Shown here piece by piece: positions 1 to 9,869 of a stretch of 64,000 nt of DNA. The notes below the pieces were generated by a model, which saw only the letters and a program-made list of their open reading frames with translations, had not been told where the DNA came from and did not search any database. The stretch's first letter is position 1. The number at the start of each line of letters is the position of its first letter. The stretch is taken from positions 1 through 64,000 of IMG/VR virus record IMGVR_UViG_3300042319_001922, one strand, 5' to 3'. This DNA is from a virus. The translations under genes were made by a program, and so were the position numbers.

Positions 1-2290
1 CCACGGTGTTGGCTTCAAGGCTAATAGCATCATCGCTGCCAATGTCCACGCTGTTTCCCGAAGCGTTGATCACGCCCGAGTTAGGCAATGTTAGCACACC
101 AGTGTTGCCAAAGGTCCAGGTCTTAGAATCATTTAGAGAATTTGCAACTATTTGTGCATCACCAATGCCGGCAGCAAGTTGAACATTTCCAGCCGGAGCA
201 TAAAATGCCGAAACATTGGCATCACTGCTGATAGAAAGATAATCAAAATTTATTCGACCAGCGGTTGGTAATGTCAGGGTGCCATCTACACCCCAGAGCC
301 AACTTTTCTGTTGTTGAGTACTACTACCGTCTCGATAGACAATGTCCAAGGTAGCACTGTTTGATGCTACATAGAAGTTTGAGTTAACGGCCGTGTTTGG
401 GGCCACGGTTACATTAGCGTTTACCCACATCAACTGTGAATATTGATCACTCTGCATAGTGATACTTTGACTAACTGGTGCTAGTATTACGCTATTAGGG
501 AATTGTGTAGTACCACCTGTGCCAAAGGTCCAAGTAGATGCGGCATTGGCTGTTATGGTCGCATTGCCATTGGCAGTGGCTATGTTGACATTTGAAGTGC
601 CATTGGCAATCCTTGATTGAACACCGCTACTGATACCAGTCAGCTGTGAACCATTACCAATAAAGTAATTGCCAGTGATGTTGCCTGTGGCACTGACGTT
701 GCCAGGAGCCGTTAATACACCAGTGTTGCCAAAGTTCCAGGTGCTTGATCCAGATCTTATTTCAACATTGGACTGTTGACTTTCGATATACAGGGGTGTG
801 CCATTGCCTGCATCAGCATTGCTGGGTATAAGAATAGTGGCACCCGGATCACTGCGATTGCCATACAAGGCCCAACTATCGTTGTTGGAGTTGAACAAGG
901 CTCCGCCCTGCCCTATCAATAGGTTACCCACGGTGATATAACCGCCCGATGTGGCAATGGTTTCGCCAGCAGCGGCTCCTGGTAATGTTAGAGTACCATT
1001 TGAGTCAAAGGTCCATTGATAGGTGCCATCCAGGCTACGCACCGTGACTTGACCGTCGCCGGTTATGCTTACGTCTGAGGCACTGGTCTGCACTATGCTG
1101 GCATTGGCCCAGGTTAAACTGCCACCGGTGATGCCTATGTTGCCGGCTGTGATGTTGCCCGTGGTTGAAATTGAGCTATTAGAATTGTTTTGTAGCACAG
1201 CATTGCCACCCACCGTAAGCACATTGCCTGCACCCAAACTGATAGGCACATTGTTCATAAAGATGGTGGCATTACTCACATACAAATCGTTCCATTGATT
1301 TGTGGCATTGCCCAAACTGTAAACAGCATTTCCTGCAGGAATGATATTGCCTGCCCAGCCCGATTCACCATAGGCCACAGCATTGGCGTTGCTGTAGGTT
1401 GCCGGTAATCCATTGGCAAATGCCAAGTTACCTAAAATAAAGCCACCTGAAATATTGCCAGTGGTTGAAATAGTGTTTGATCCAAACCCAGCCAACAATG
1501 TAACCACATTGGCGTTGCCATAACTTGATACAATGCCAGTTAGGAATGCGCCATTACCAATAAAGAATCCACCTGAGATATTAGCAGTGGTTGTGATATT
1601 GCCTGTGCCACTGATGGTATTGCTACCTAAATTGCCCAACAAAGTTGTGACATTGCTATTGCCATATGAACTTACAACGCCGGTTAGTTGACTACCATTG
1701 CCAAAGAAATATGGTGCTGTTATATTACCAGTTGCACTCAATCCAATATTTGTGGTCCACACATTGCCTGTAGAATTATATAATAATGTAGCAATATTAT
1801 CATTAGAACCAACTGTAACTCCCGAACCATTGGCTGCATTAGCAGTTGTTGCGGTATTGGCCAGTTGGATTGTGAGTGAATCTGTAACAATGTTACCAAC
1901 TTGTATGATGTTGCCTGCAACCGTTAAATTTCCCGAAACTGCAAAATCTCCAGCAACACCAAGTGTTTGGAATGTTGCTGTATTTGCGTACACAGTTCGA
2001 TACTGTAAATTAGCAGATCCTAGATCATAGGTGCGAGTTAATCGGGGAACCAGGGTATTATTGGTTTGAATTACCCCAACCCCGTTGGGACTCAGTATCA
2101 AATTACCATTTGTATCAATCACCCCAATGGTGTTGTTGGTTATTCTTACATTGGATCCTGCAGGGCCAGCCAACCAAATATTATCAAAATTATCATCAGT
2201 TTTGATGAATGCTGTGCGTAAGGGATCACCGGTGCCGTCATTGACCGATGCTCCATAATTTATTACTTGTTGTGTATTTCCAGTAGGCAT
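1..2290 (-). CDS. Tail fibre/baseplate-associated structural protein (3' end runs off the window)
   Basis: ATG at 2290 gives MPTGNTQQVINYGASVNDGTGDPLRTAFIKTDDNF, a T4 gp9/gp10-like N-terminal motif. Gly/Asn/Thr-rich repeats (GNITGNYFIGNGSQLTG, WxFxxxGxLxxP). TAAATA upstream. Absent from the ORF track, presumably because no stop lies in the window. Confidence 0.8.
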   Translation of the reverse strand, partial: MPTGNTQQVINYGASVNDGTGDPLRTAFIKTDDNFDNIWLAGPAGSNVRITNNTIGVIDTNGNLILSPNGVGVIQTNNTLVPRLTRTYDLGSANLQYRTVYANTATFQTLGVAGDFAVSGNLTVAGNIIQVGNIVTDSLTIQLANTATTANAANGSGVTVGSNDNIATLLYNSTGNVWTTNIGLSATGNITAPYFFGNGSQLTGVVSSYGNSNVTTLLGNLGSNTISGTGNITTTANISGGFFIGNGAFLTGIVSSYGNANVVTLLAGFGSNTISTTGNISGGFILGNLAFANGLPATYSNANAVAYGESGWAGNIIPAGNAVYSLGNATNQWNDLYVSNATIFMNNVPISLGAGNVLTVGGNAVLQNNSNSSISTTGNITAGNIGITGGSLTWANASIVQTSASDVSITGDGQVTVRSLDGTYQWTFDSNGTLTLPGAAAGETIATSGGYITVGNLLIGQGGALFNSNNDSWALYGNRSDPGATILIPSNADAGNGTPLYIESQQSNVEIRSGSSTWNFGNTGVLTAPGNVSATGNITGNYFIGNGSQLTGISSGVQSRIANGTSNVNIATANGNATITANAASTWTFGTGGTTQFPNSVILAPVSQSITMQSDQYSQLMWVNANVTVAPNTAVNSNFYVASNSATLDIVYRDGSSTQQQKSWLWGVDGTLTLPTAGRINFDYLSISSDANVSAFYAPAGNVQLAAGIGDAQIVANSLNDSKTWTFGNTGVLTLPNSGVINASGNSVDIGSDDAISLEANTV

Positions 2291-2313
2291 TTAACTGTGT
2301 CCTTGTATTGTAG

Positions 2314-2319
2314 TATTTA
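2314..2319 (-). promoter_or_regulatory. Putative late promoter TAAATA
   Basis: TAAATA about 24 nt upstream of the structural gene ATG; resembles the T4 late box TATAAATA. Confidence 0.55.
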
Positions 2320-2347
2320 CCGGAAATGAACACAGTTGTGGTGCAGC

Positions 2348-2671
2348 CTATCCAGGATTAAAACTACTGCCGCAGCCGCAGGTGGTTTCTGCATTGGGAT
2401 TGTCTATGATAAAACTAGATCCCATGCTATTGTCCTGATACCGTATGGATGCACCACGCAGATAATTCATGCTCATTGAATCAACTAAAACTGCTACATC
2501 ATCAAAATCAAAGTCAAAATCGTCATCGTTTTTGACGTTGTCAAGAGTAAATCCATACTGCATGCCCGAGCAGCCGCCGCCCTGCACAAACACACGCAGT
2601 TTGGTACCCGGGGAATTTTCTTCGGCTAGGATGTCTCTAAGTTTAACTATTGCAGAGTTGTCTAAAATCAT
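2348..2671 (-). CDS. erpA: A-type Fe-S cluster carrier (ErpA/IscA/HesB)
   Basis: LRVFVQGGGCSG and NPNAxxTCGCGSSF motifs. Confidence 0.92.
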   Translation of the reverse strand: MILDNSAIVKLRDILAEENSPGTKLRVFVQGGGCSGMQYGFTLDNVKNDDDFDFDFDDVAVLVDSMSMNYLRGASIRYQDNSMGSSFIIDNPNAETTCGCGSSFNPG

Positions 2672-2720
2672 TGTTGACCTTTGTGTTGTAGATAATTACT
2701 GTATATTTAACAAGGTTTAC

Positions 2721-3437
2721 ATGAAAGATATCAATTTTAGCGCCAGGCGAGACGATATTTCACAGTTATCGCAGTACGGCTTGCACTTTGATCAACCTTG
2801 GCAAGTGGTGGATTATTTTGAACAAGCTGTTGCTGATTTTTTTGGAGCCCCATATGCAGTTGCAACAGACTGTTGCACCCATGCACTGGAACTGTGTTTG
2901 TTGTTGACCCAGCAATCATCAATGGTGTATGTTCCGCGCAGAACCTACATGAGTGTGCCAATGATGCTGGACAAAATCAAGGTGCCCTACTGTTTGACTG
3001 ACCAAACCTGGGAGCAGTACTATTTCATCCAGGGAACCAATATTATAGATGCTGCCACCATGTGGCAAGCCAATTCCTACAAAGCAGGCACTCTCACCTG
3101 CATTAGTTTTCAATTTAAAAAACACATTCCCATTGGCCGCGGTGGGATGGTACTGCTAGACTCTCATGATGATTACTTAAAACTACAAAGAATGGTTCGA
3201 GATGGGCGAGATCGAGATCGTGTGCAAGACAAAGACAATGTTGTCGAACTTGGATATCATTACTACATGACTCCCGAAGATGCTGCCCGCGGCATACATC
3301 TAATGCGGCATCTTCAAGACACTGCCCCACGAATATGGGGCAGTTCTGAGTATCGAGATATAACTGAAATGGACTACTTTAAGTCAAAGACGTTGATTAC
3401 AAACGTCCCAGTCAATAATTTTCCAGATATTATTTAG
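2721..3437 (+). CDS. DegT/DnrJ/EryC1/StrS family PLP aminotransferase (compact)
   Basis: FEQAVADFFGAPYAVATDCCTHAL, IIDAA, SFQFKKHIPIGRGG (PLP lysine); ATG at 2721 after AAGG. Confidence 0.85.
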   Translation: MKDINFSARRDDISQLSQYGLHFDQPWQVVDYFEQAVADFFGAPYAVATDCCTHALELCLLLTQQSSMVYVPRRTYMSVPMMLDKIKVPYCLTDQTWEQYYFIQGTNIIDAATMWQANSYKAGTLTCISFQFKKHIPIGRGGMVLLDSHDDYLKLQRMVRDGRDRDRVQDKDNVVELGYHYYMTPEDAARGIHLMRHLQDTAPRIWGSSEYRDITEMDYFKSKTLITNVPVNNFPDII

Positions 3438-3932
3438 GTACTTTTCTTTGTCACTTTGATAGTCTAGAGCCCAGGCGTGTTCCCACCAGTCCACCAACAC
3501 ACAGATGTCAGTGCGTACAGCATGGTTGGCAATGGTCTTGATATCGCCCCCGGTGCTCAAGTACACCCAACCTGATCCTTGGATCTTCATAGCTGCCAGT
3601 TTGAACTGTTCTTGAAAATCTTCCCAGGTCTTGAACTTTTCTTCAATTAACTCAAGTACTGCGCCACGGGGACGGTTGGCACCTTTAGGAGCCCTAAGCT
3701 GAGGGAAGAACTTATTGTGTAAAAAACTGCCAGCACGATTAAAATCGGCATTGCCTTCTCCTGCGTTGTAGCGTTTGGCATAGCCTCGGGCCAGATGCTC
3801 AAAATGATAGTTGATGGTTTCTGCGCTCATCACGGGTTCAAGGTCCTTGACACCGTAGGGCAGTGGGGTTGTTTCTAACTTGGCCGGACGGGTGCTGGCT
3901 TCAACTAGATCAATGTGGTCTCGTATATACAT
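3384..3932 (-). CDS. sod: Fe/Mn superoxide dismutase with N-terminal extension
   Basis: LPYxxxDLEPxMSxET, HNxFF, GSGW, DWWEHA motifs. Confidence 0.9.
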   Translation of the reverse strand: MYIRDHIDLVEASTRPAKLETTPLPYGVKDLEPVMSAETINYHFEHLARGYAKRYNAGEGNADFNRAGSFLHNKFFPQLRAPKGANRPRGAVLELIEEKFKTWEDFQEQFKLAAMKIQGSGWVYLSTGGDIKTIANHAVRTDICVLVDWWEHAWALDYQSDKEKYLNNIWKIIDWDVCNQRL

Positions 3933-3940
3933 GTAATTAT

Positions 3941-4159
3941 TTATCGACGACGAGTAATACGCCCGCGTGTGAGATCGTAGATGGAAAATTCAACCTCCAC
4001 ACGATCGCCCAGCAACACTTTGATGTTATTTTGTCGCATCTTTCCAGAAATAACTGCAATAATATTAGTATTCATGGAGTCTACTTCAACTCGAAACATT
4101 GTGTTTGGTAGAACTTCCGTTACTACCCCGTCTAGTCTAAAACCTTCTTCTTTTGCCAT
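3941..4159 (-). CDS. infA: Translation initiation factor IF-1
   Basis: [14 protein letters not shown]...[32 protein letters not shown]. Confidence 0.95.
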   Translation of the reverse strand: MAKEEGFRLDGVVTEVLPNTMFRVEVDSMNTNIIAVISGKMRQNNIKVLLGDRVEVEFSIYDLTRGRITRRR

Positions 4160-4171
4160 AAGTGTTAGTAC

Positions 4172-4582
4172 TTAGTCAAACGCCAATTCTGCAGTGATCT
4201 TCTTCAATCGATCCATACGGAAACTACGCCAGGCCTGTGCTTCTAGGTCGTAGACTTTGATCACAGCAGGATCTGCCTCTTTGGGTTCTTTGCGTGGCTT
4301 TTTTGCAGACTCCAACACGATACCATCCACAGGTCCTGTAACGGGCTTTTTTGGTTGTGGTGGGATCAATTCCCAGTTTAGGGTACACTTCATGTCACGG
4401 TCAGTGCCATCTGCCTTGGTAAACTTTACAGTGATTTCTTGTTTGTTTAACAAACTCTTGACCCAGTCGCGCATGATGGTCTTGTTGACATCATCTGCTT
4501 CTTGATACTGTGTGCCAGGTGCTCCTTTGAGCAGACGCACAAGTTCTTGTTTATCCCACATATTCATTGTTGCTTTGTCCAT
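4172..4582 (-). CDS. WYL-like / Sm-like SH3 barrel protein
   Basis: VKFTKADGTDRDMKCTL...VYDLEAQAWRSFR pattern. Confidence 0.7.
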   Translation of the reverse strand: MDKATMNMWDKQELVRLLKGAPGTQYQEADDVNKTIMRDWVKSLLNKQEITVKFTKADGTDRDMKCTLNWELIPPQPKKPVTGPVDGIVLESAKKPRKEPKEADPAVIKVYDLEAQAWRSFRMDRLKKITAELAFD

Positions 4583-4583
4583 T

Positions 4584-5429
4584 TTATACCTCTACAAGTT
4601 TAGGAGTCCACGAGTCAGCTCGTTTTTCATAATTGATGTATCCACGTGGATTACACACAACACGGGTTGATCCAACCATATAATCAAAATCTTCATGAGT
4701 ATGACCATGAGTCCACAATTTGATTTGTGGATGATCCATGATAAACTCGCTCAAGTCGCTGTGATAACCACCATTCATTATGGTTTCGTTGGCATAGGTA
4801 GGATGCACACTTTGAAAACTAGGACTATGATGCCCAACCACAACAAACTTTTGATCATACTTGCCTTCCATAACTGTGCGAATATAACCTAGGCTTTTGC
4901 GATGTGCAACTGCCACATGTGTAGGGCGCAGGGTAGTGTATCCAAGATCACTATTGCGAATGATTCTGAAATCATTCATCATGTCCGACATTGCATGCAG
5001 AGTTAACGGATCGCCCTTGTTCATGTCGGTCCACAATGTGCTACCAATAAAAGTAACATCATCAATGGTCTTGCAGTCGTTTTCCATGAAGTACACGTTG
5101 GGAAACTTTGCACACTCGTCACGCAGATATTGTAGCCCAGCAGGCCACTTGCTGTGATAAAACTCATGATTGCCTGCAATAAAAATCACATGAGGAAATT
5201 GAAAACTGCAACGTTTCAAAAAGTCCCGATATTGTTGTGCTTTGAGTTGTCGCGATCCCAGTGTTTTAATAACTTCCGGGGGATACGGGGTCATTGGTTC
5301 AGGGTGATCATGTAGATCCTGTGCCAGCATGATGTCGCCGCCAAGGATCAACACATCTACATTGTCTGTGTTTTTGATCATGCAATCACCAAACTCAAGG
5401 TGGAGATCGCTAGTGACGTAAATTTTCAT
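4584..5429 (-). CDS. Calcineurin-like metallophosphoesterase
   Basis: SDLH, GGD, GNHE, HH, HGHTH, NPRGY motifs. Confidence 0.9.
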   Translation of the reverse strand: MKIYVTSDLHLEFGDCMIKNTDNVDVLILGGDIMLAQDLHDHPEPMTPYPPEVIKTLGSRQLKAQQYRDFLKRCSFQFPHVIFIAGNHEFYHSKWPAGLQYLRDECAKFPNVYFMENDCKTIDDVTFIGSTLWTDMNKGDPLTLHAMSDMMNDFRIIRNSDLGYTTLRPTHVAVAHRKSLGYIRTVMEGKYDQKFVVVGHHSPSFQSVHPTYANETIMNGGYHSDLSEFIMDHPQIKLWTHGHTHEDFDYMVGSTRVVCNPRGYINYEKRADSWTPKLVEV

Positions 5430-5457
5430 TGTGAGTTTTTCTTTCAAGTCTTGATTA

Positions 5458-5730
5458 TTAAATCACTTCCCAGCATTTGTTTTTGTAATCCCAATGCCGA
5501 GTATCGTAAAAGGTCAGTTCAATATCATATCCAAGCAGTCCCATCTCCAATACAAATCCAGCATGATCACACCTGATGCTGTGAGCCATTTTGAATTTTA
5601 TAACAGTATTGGTTTTCATGAATTGCAATTCCCAGCACTTGTGCTCAATTGGGGTAGATCCCGAAAAGCATTTTACACTGTCAAAGCGATTTGAGCACGG
5701 GTTAATCACAATAAAATCAATATTGATCAT
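5458..5730 (-). CDS. Hypothetical protein
   Basis: ORF coupled to upstream gene (ATGA overlap). Confidence 0.55.
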   Translation of the reverse strand: MINIDFIVINPCSNRFDSVKCFSGSTPIEHKCWELQFMKTNTVIKFKMAHSIRCDHAGFVLEMGLLGYDIELTFYDTRHWDYKNKCWEVI

Positions 5731-6122
5731 CGACGCATTCTGCTAATGTCCACAGCTTGTTCATCTGAAAAAACTGGTACGGCATTGCTCTTGTGCATGG
5801 TTGCAATGCCCTTGACCTTGGTACCAGTGTAGACCTTGGGTGCTGACAAAGTTGCATTGCCGCCACCTGTGTCTCGGCTGGGAATATGGCTTGTGCCACG
5901 ACCTTCGGGAATTGACAAGCTGTAGTTGCCAGTCAAGGGCGGGGCAGACAATGCACGTCGACGTTTTTTCTCGTCAGCATCCACTTCCCATTTCTTTTGC
6001 AATTCTTTCCAGCTGGCATCAAGTTCTCGGGCCTTGCGGGCTTCTTCGGCGTTGCGAAACTTTACCTTGCCTCGCTTTTTACCGTTAAGGCTAAGACTGG
6101 GATGATGTAGGTGCATGCTCAT
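5727..6122 (-). CDS. Conserved T4-like phage hypothetical protein
   Basis: C-terminal YTGTKVKGIATMHKSNAVPV motif; directly behind a sigma70 promoter. Confidence 0.7.
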   Translation of the reverse strand: MSMHLHHPSLSLNGKKRGKVKFRNAEEARKARELDASWKELQKKWEVDADEKKRRRALSAPPLTGNYSLSIPEGRGTSHIPSRDTGGGNATLSAPKVYTGTKVKGIATMHKSNAVPVFSDEQAVDISRMRR

Positions 6123-6158
6123 GTGTTTTGTAAGGTCAAGTTATCTTAAACATGTTAT

Positions 6159-6225
6159 ATTATAGCACGTCCGGAATTAATGGTCAACTGTGATCTGATC
6201 ACCAAGATGTTGCTAAAAAACAACA
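6159..6225 (-). promoter_or_regulatory. Sigma70 promoter (TTGACC-N17-TATAAT) with upstream TGTTG-N8-CAACA box
   Basis: -10 at 6159-6164, -35 at 6182-6187, palindrome at 6208-6225. Confidence 0.8.
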
Positions 6226-6227
6226 TT

Positions 6228-6467
6228 TTATTCTAAATTTTTATTTTTTAAAACAGTATCCACACGAGCACGTCTAGCAGAACTTTTTTCAATAAATTGG
6301 TGAAATAGTTTGTCTGGGTATCTGCTCATCAGAAACGGAAAAACTGCATGAACCAAACTTACCAGACCCAGGAGGCACAAAAACCCACCAGCCCATAAAG
6401 CAAATTTAAAATGTTCAAGGTATGATTCCTCAACTTGCGATAAATGTGAGAAGTTAAACAATTTCAA
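6228..6467 (-). CDS. Small membrane protein (DUF6356-like)
   Basis: HLxxVxESYxEHFxFA...SLVHAVFPFL; TTG start after GAGGA inferred. Confidence 0.6.
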   Translation of the reverse strand: MKLFNFSHLSQVEESYLEHFKFALWAGGFLCLLGLVSLVHAVFPFLMSRYPDKLFHQFIEKSSARRARVDTVLKNKNLE

Positions 6468-7917
6468 CTGGCAGTCCTCTAAAGTAATGCAACAACACCG
6501 GCTGACTAGGTTTGATTCCTTGAACAACATCCTTGAACTCAATCTGAGCCATTTTGGAAAAAACACAATTTTTAAATTCAGCTGTTGACTTGAGTGCTTG
6601 ATTTAGATCGTTCAAGGTCAGGTCCAGTGTGGTGTCAAACACTGCAATATACAAAGCATTGACTTCAAAATCTGGCACTAGAGAAAATGCCGATGTGTTT
6701 AACCATTCTCGGGTCCACTTGTCAATTGCCGACACTTTTATTTTTTGTTGGTCAAATGTCAAACATGAGTTTCTACCTTCCCAAAAGAATACATCATTTG
6801 AAAATTTCACTATATCCCCAATGGTTCTCCATTCATGATCATTCTTGAATTTGGCCTTGAAAAAGTCCGGAAATATTTCCCAGTCAATCAAACCATTGAG
6901 TTTGGTAAATCTGTTGGGTGCATATTCGGCAATGTTGTTGAGTTGAGTTTTGCTGATGGCCAAGGTACCAAGTTCAGTACAACCAAAATTGTTGTACACA
7001 GCATCGGGGTGCTGTTTGTCAAAAATCAATTTCATTTCATGTTGGCTGGGCCCAACTGCTGTGATCAAACTGGTAGATGAGATATTGTAAGACTTGATGT
7101 TGGGATTGCCCAGTTCAGTTATAAACCGATAGGGAGTTAACCACTTGGATATTTTTCCTGTGACACATAAATCAAGACATTTTTCCATGAATCCAATCAC
7201 AGTTTCACTGGTCTTTTGAATGGTCCAATAGTGTTGATTGGTTGTGACAAACGCTGGAATTGCATAGTTCAAAAAGAGACTGCCATGATGCAGAGTCTTG
7301 TGATGCAGAACACGATCAGTGGCACGGAATTCAAATAGTTTGATATTTTCCTGAACCAATTCAATAGCTACTTTGTGTGTGGTTTTAACAATCTTGGGTT
7401 CTCCAGTGGTGCCACTAGTGTGCGTAACGCAACACACAGTATCATCAGTGATTGCACCATTCAATTGATAATCTACATCTGGATATAGGTCACATGTGAT
7501 TGGAAAAACTTCTTGATGAATTTTTCCATCCACGTATGCTGGATAACTCATCTTGGTTTCAAGTGCACTCACATGTGGAAGATCTATTAGAACTGAGTCA
7601 GCTAGTGGAGGTCCGATGATGACATCTATATGTTTGTAAAAATTCTTGAAGAGTGGATGAGTGACCACATTCAACGAAAAGTCATGCACTGAAATAATAG
7701 CGCCCAGTTCCCAGATGGCCTTGATTGCTGGCAGTATCACATCCAAGTTGTTGGACCAAATCAACACCACTTTGCCAACAGTGTTGCCGTTTAATTTGGT
7801 ATACAGTTCTTTTTTATAGAAATTCTTGTATGCTTGTATTTCACGGGGACTTAGTGTCTGCCCGTCAGGCAACACAATAGAACAATCTGACCTAATGTAA
7901 TCCACTAGATTGATCAT
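6454..7917 (-). CDS. Adenylate-forming (AMP-binding, ANL superfamily) enzyme
   Basis: HTSGTTGEPK P-loop, NFGCTE, WRTIGD, GR motifs. Confidence 0.8.
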   Translation of the reverse strand: MINLVDYIRSDCSIVLPDGQTLSPREIQAYKNFYKKELYTKLNGNTVGKVVLIWSNNLDVILPAIKAIWELGAIISVHDFSLNVVTHPLFKNFYKHIDVIIGPPLADSVLIDLPHVSALETKMSYPAYVDGKIHQEVFPITCDLYPDVDYQLNGAITDDTVCCVTHTSGTTGEPKIVKTTHKVAIELVQENIKLFEFRATDRVLHHKTLHHGSLFLNYAIPAFVTTNQHYWTIQKTSETVIGFMEKCLDLCVTGKISKWLTPYRFITELGNPNIKSYNISSTSLITAVGPSQHEMKLIFDKQHPDAVYNNFGCTELGTLAISKTQLNNIAEYAPNRFTKLNGLIDWEIFPDFFKAKFKNDHEWRTIGDIVKFSNDVFFWEGRNSCLTFDQQKIKVSAIDKWTREWLNTSAFSLVPDFEVNALYIAVFDTTLDLTLNDLNQALKSTAEFKNCVFSKMAQIEFKDVVQGIKPSQPVLLHYFRGLPVEIV

Positions 7918-8244
7918 TTATTTCTCCGCCAGATGAAGTCGCTTGACAGAAACTTTGCTCCACTCATCGGCATCGGGCAAGGCCGATTTGCGTTTGGTTA
8001 TAGATGGCCACGTCGTGGATAATTCAGCATTGATTTTGACAAAATCCAATTGGTCGGCTGGCAGGTCTTCCTCGGCATAGATGGCAGATACTGGACACTC
8101 GGGTACGCATACCCCGCAGTCAATACACTCGTCTGGATTAATTGCTAGAAAATTTGAACCTTCTACAAAACAATCAACTGGGCATACATCAACACAATCG
8201 GTATACTTGCAACGAATACATGATTCAGTCACTACATAGGTCAT
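7918..8244 (-). CDS. fdxA: 7Fe ferredoxin (FdxA type)
   Basis: [26 protein letters not shown]...[13 protein letters not shown]. Confidence 0.93.
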   Translation of the reverse strand: MTYVVTESCIRCKYTDCVDVCPVDCFVEGSNFLAINPDECIDCGVCVPECPVSAIYAEEDLPADQLDFVKINAELSTTWPSITKRKSALPDADEWSKVSVKRLHLAEK

Positions 8245-9050
8245 ACAATCACCTTTGACATTTTACAAACAGGTATCGGCAACATCTTGTGTAAATTGCG
8301 AGCACGGATATTTTTATATGTCTTGAGTTGTGCTTTTTCAATCTTTGACAATGCAATTGGTTCGTAGATGCAGTTGTCTTGACTATCGTGCAACATGGCC
8401 AGTTCCAATTCAGGATAGGTCATGCCCAGCTGTCCCTCATCTGTGCGCCCATCATCCCACAATCCATCAGTGGGCTCTGCGTCAATAATTTCTTGTGGCA
8501 GGCCAAATTCACGACCCATGTTCCATACTTCAGTTTTCATGCAGTCACCAATAGGGCTTATATCCACACCACCATCGCCGTATTTGGTGAAGAAGCCTAC
8601 ACCAAAGTCTTCTACTTTGTTGCCTGTGCCCACCACAAGTGCGCCGTGGCTTTGTGCAATTTGGTACAAGGTCATCATGCGCAGTCTAGCGCGACTGTTG
8701 GCAAACGCCAGTTCAACTTGTAATGCATTATCTACATCACAAAATGGAGCAGTTTTCTTTTCAAATGCTGTGAACACAGGAGTCAAATCCATGCTCATGT
8801 GTGTGACATTTTCTTTGTAGCGATCCAGCAGCCAACCTGCTTGCATGCTACTACGATTGTCTAGCTTTTTATTTTGCCTAATTGGCATTTGCACAACAAT
8901 GGTCTTCAATCCAGTTTGTGCACACAACGCACTCACAACTGAACTATCGATACCGCCTGATATGCCCACTACAAAAGTGGAAATTTTGGCACTCTTGGCA
9001 TAGGCCTTGAGCCATTTAACAATGTGATTGATTTGTTGTTTTGCTGTCAT
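8241..9050 (-). CDS. nadE: NH3-dependent NAD+ synthetase
   Basis: GISGGIDS, Nx[26 protein letters not shown] motifs. Confidence 0.93.
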   Translation of the reverse strand: MTAKQQINHIVKWLKAYAKSAKISTFVVGISGGIDSSVVSALCAQTGLKTIVVQMPIRQNKKLDNRSSMQAGWLLDRYKENVTHMSMDLTPVFTAFEKKTAPFCDVDNALQVELAFANSRARLRMMTLYQIAQSHGALVVGTGNKVEDFGVGFFTKYGDGGVDISPIGDCMKTEVWNMGREFGLPQEIIDAEPTDGLWDDGRTDEGQLGMTYPELELAMLHDSQDNCIYEPIALSKIEKAQLKTYKNIRARNLHKMLPIPVCKMSKVIV

Positions 9051-9541
9051 GATAGGTCCGGTGGCGGCATCTTTTTTAATATATCCCACATTTTTTGTTT
9101 TTCCAAAATTTTGTTTTCAAGTTCACGATACTGTTCGCCCAACTTCTTGAGATCATCCCAGTCTGTTTCCAGGCTGGGATTGGGTCTCAAAATATTCAAT
9201 CTCTGTTCAAGGCTTTTGAGTGTTTCGCACAAACTCACACCATTGATCTCAATGTCAGCCTTGTCGCCAACAAGAGAAAGCATACCACTATTGCCAACGG
9301 TGAGAGCCGGGGACACTTGCGTATTCCACCCACCTGTGCCTGCGGCTGAAATAGTGCTAGTGGTCAACCCCGAGTTTGCAAATGTATAACTTGGTGTGAT
9401 TGACACTGTGTTAACTCCCACAGATGACATGTCAATTCCTGTTGTTATCCAGGAATTGTCCAAAGGCGATACACTGCTACCAAGTTGTTGCAACACAGAT
9501 CCAAGATCTATAGAGGGGTTTTCTTCTTTGTCAGAGTCCAT
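9047..9541 (-). CDS. Hypothetical phage protein
   Basis: Coupled ORF; Ser/Thr-rich N-terminus, C-terminal coiled coil. Confidence 0.65.
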   Translation of the reverse strand: MDSDKEENPSIDLGSVLQQLGSSVSPLDNSWITTGIDMSSVGVNTVSITPSYTFANSGLTTSTISAAGTGGWNTQVSPALTVGNSGMLSLVGDKADIEINGVSLCETLKSLEQRLNILRPNPSLETDWDDLKKLGEQYRELENKILEKQKMWDILKKMPPPDLS

Positions 9542-9681
9542 GTACCATCCTTGTTGTCGGTCCAGATAATGTGATCACCCGGTGCCCAGCCCATCTTTTC
9601 ACACAAGTCTAGACCAAGGTCCAACAACATTTCACCTGGGTTGTCGGGATCCTCAATTATGTTAGCAGTGTACGTGGTCAT
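9508..9681 (-). CDS. AbrB/MazE-like small protein (57 aa, not in ORF track)
   Basis: MTTYTANIIEDPDNPGEMLLDLGLDLCEKMGWAPGDHIIW; ATGA-coupled to upstream gene. Confidence 0.6.
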   Translation of the reverse strand: MTTYTANIIEDPDNPGEMLLDLGLDLCEKMGWAPGDHIIWTDNKDGTWTLTKKKTPL

Positions 9682-9869
9682 TTGGCCACTGTTAATGCTT
9701 CTTTTTCTGCGGTGATTTCTTTACGGCGTTCTTTGATGCCTTTGCTCATCTCTTGCAGGGCCTTGCGAGCTCTGGCAGCGGCTGCTTTGACTCCCTTGGT
9801 AGTGAACTTTTCATTCTCTGCAATATATGTTTCGTAGGCTGTTACGATTGCTTCATGTTGTGTTGTCAT
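9678..9869 (-). CDS. Histone H1-like (Hc1-type) basic protein
   Basis: KFxxKGVKAAAARARKALQExxKxxKERRKEI; AAGGAG RBS. Confidence 0.65.
   Translation of the reverse strand: MTTQHEAIVTAYETYIAENEKFTTKGVKAAAARARKALQEMSKGIKERRKEITAEKEALTVAK

Noticed and set aside
2469-2720. Extended N-termini in the ORF track (DegT, also 28301, 22868, 25298, 32230, 43088)
   Set aside because: The extensions overlap neighbouring genes or promoters; downstream ATGs with RBS or promoter context are more plausible
6208-6225. TGTTG-N8-CAACA as a LexA/SOS box
   Set aside because: It does not match CTGT-N8-ACAG and is not located at uvdE
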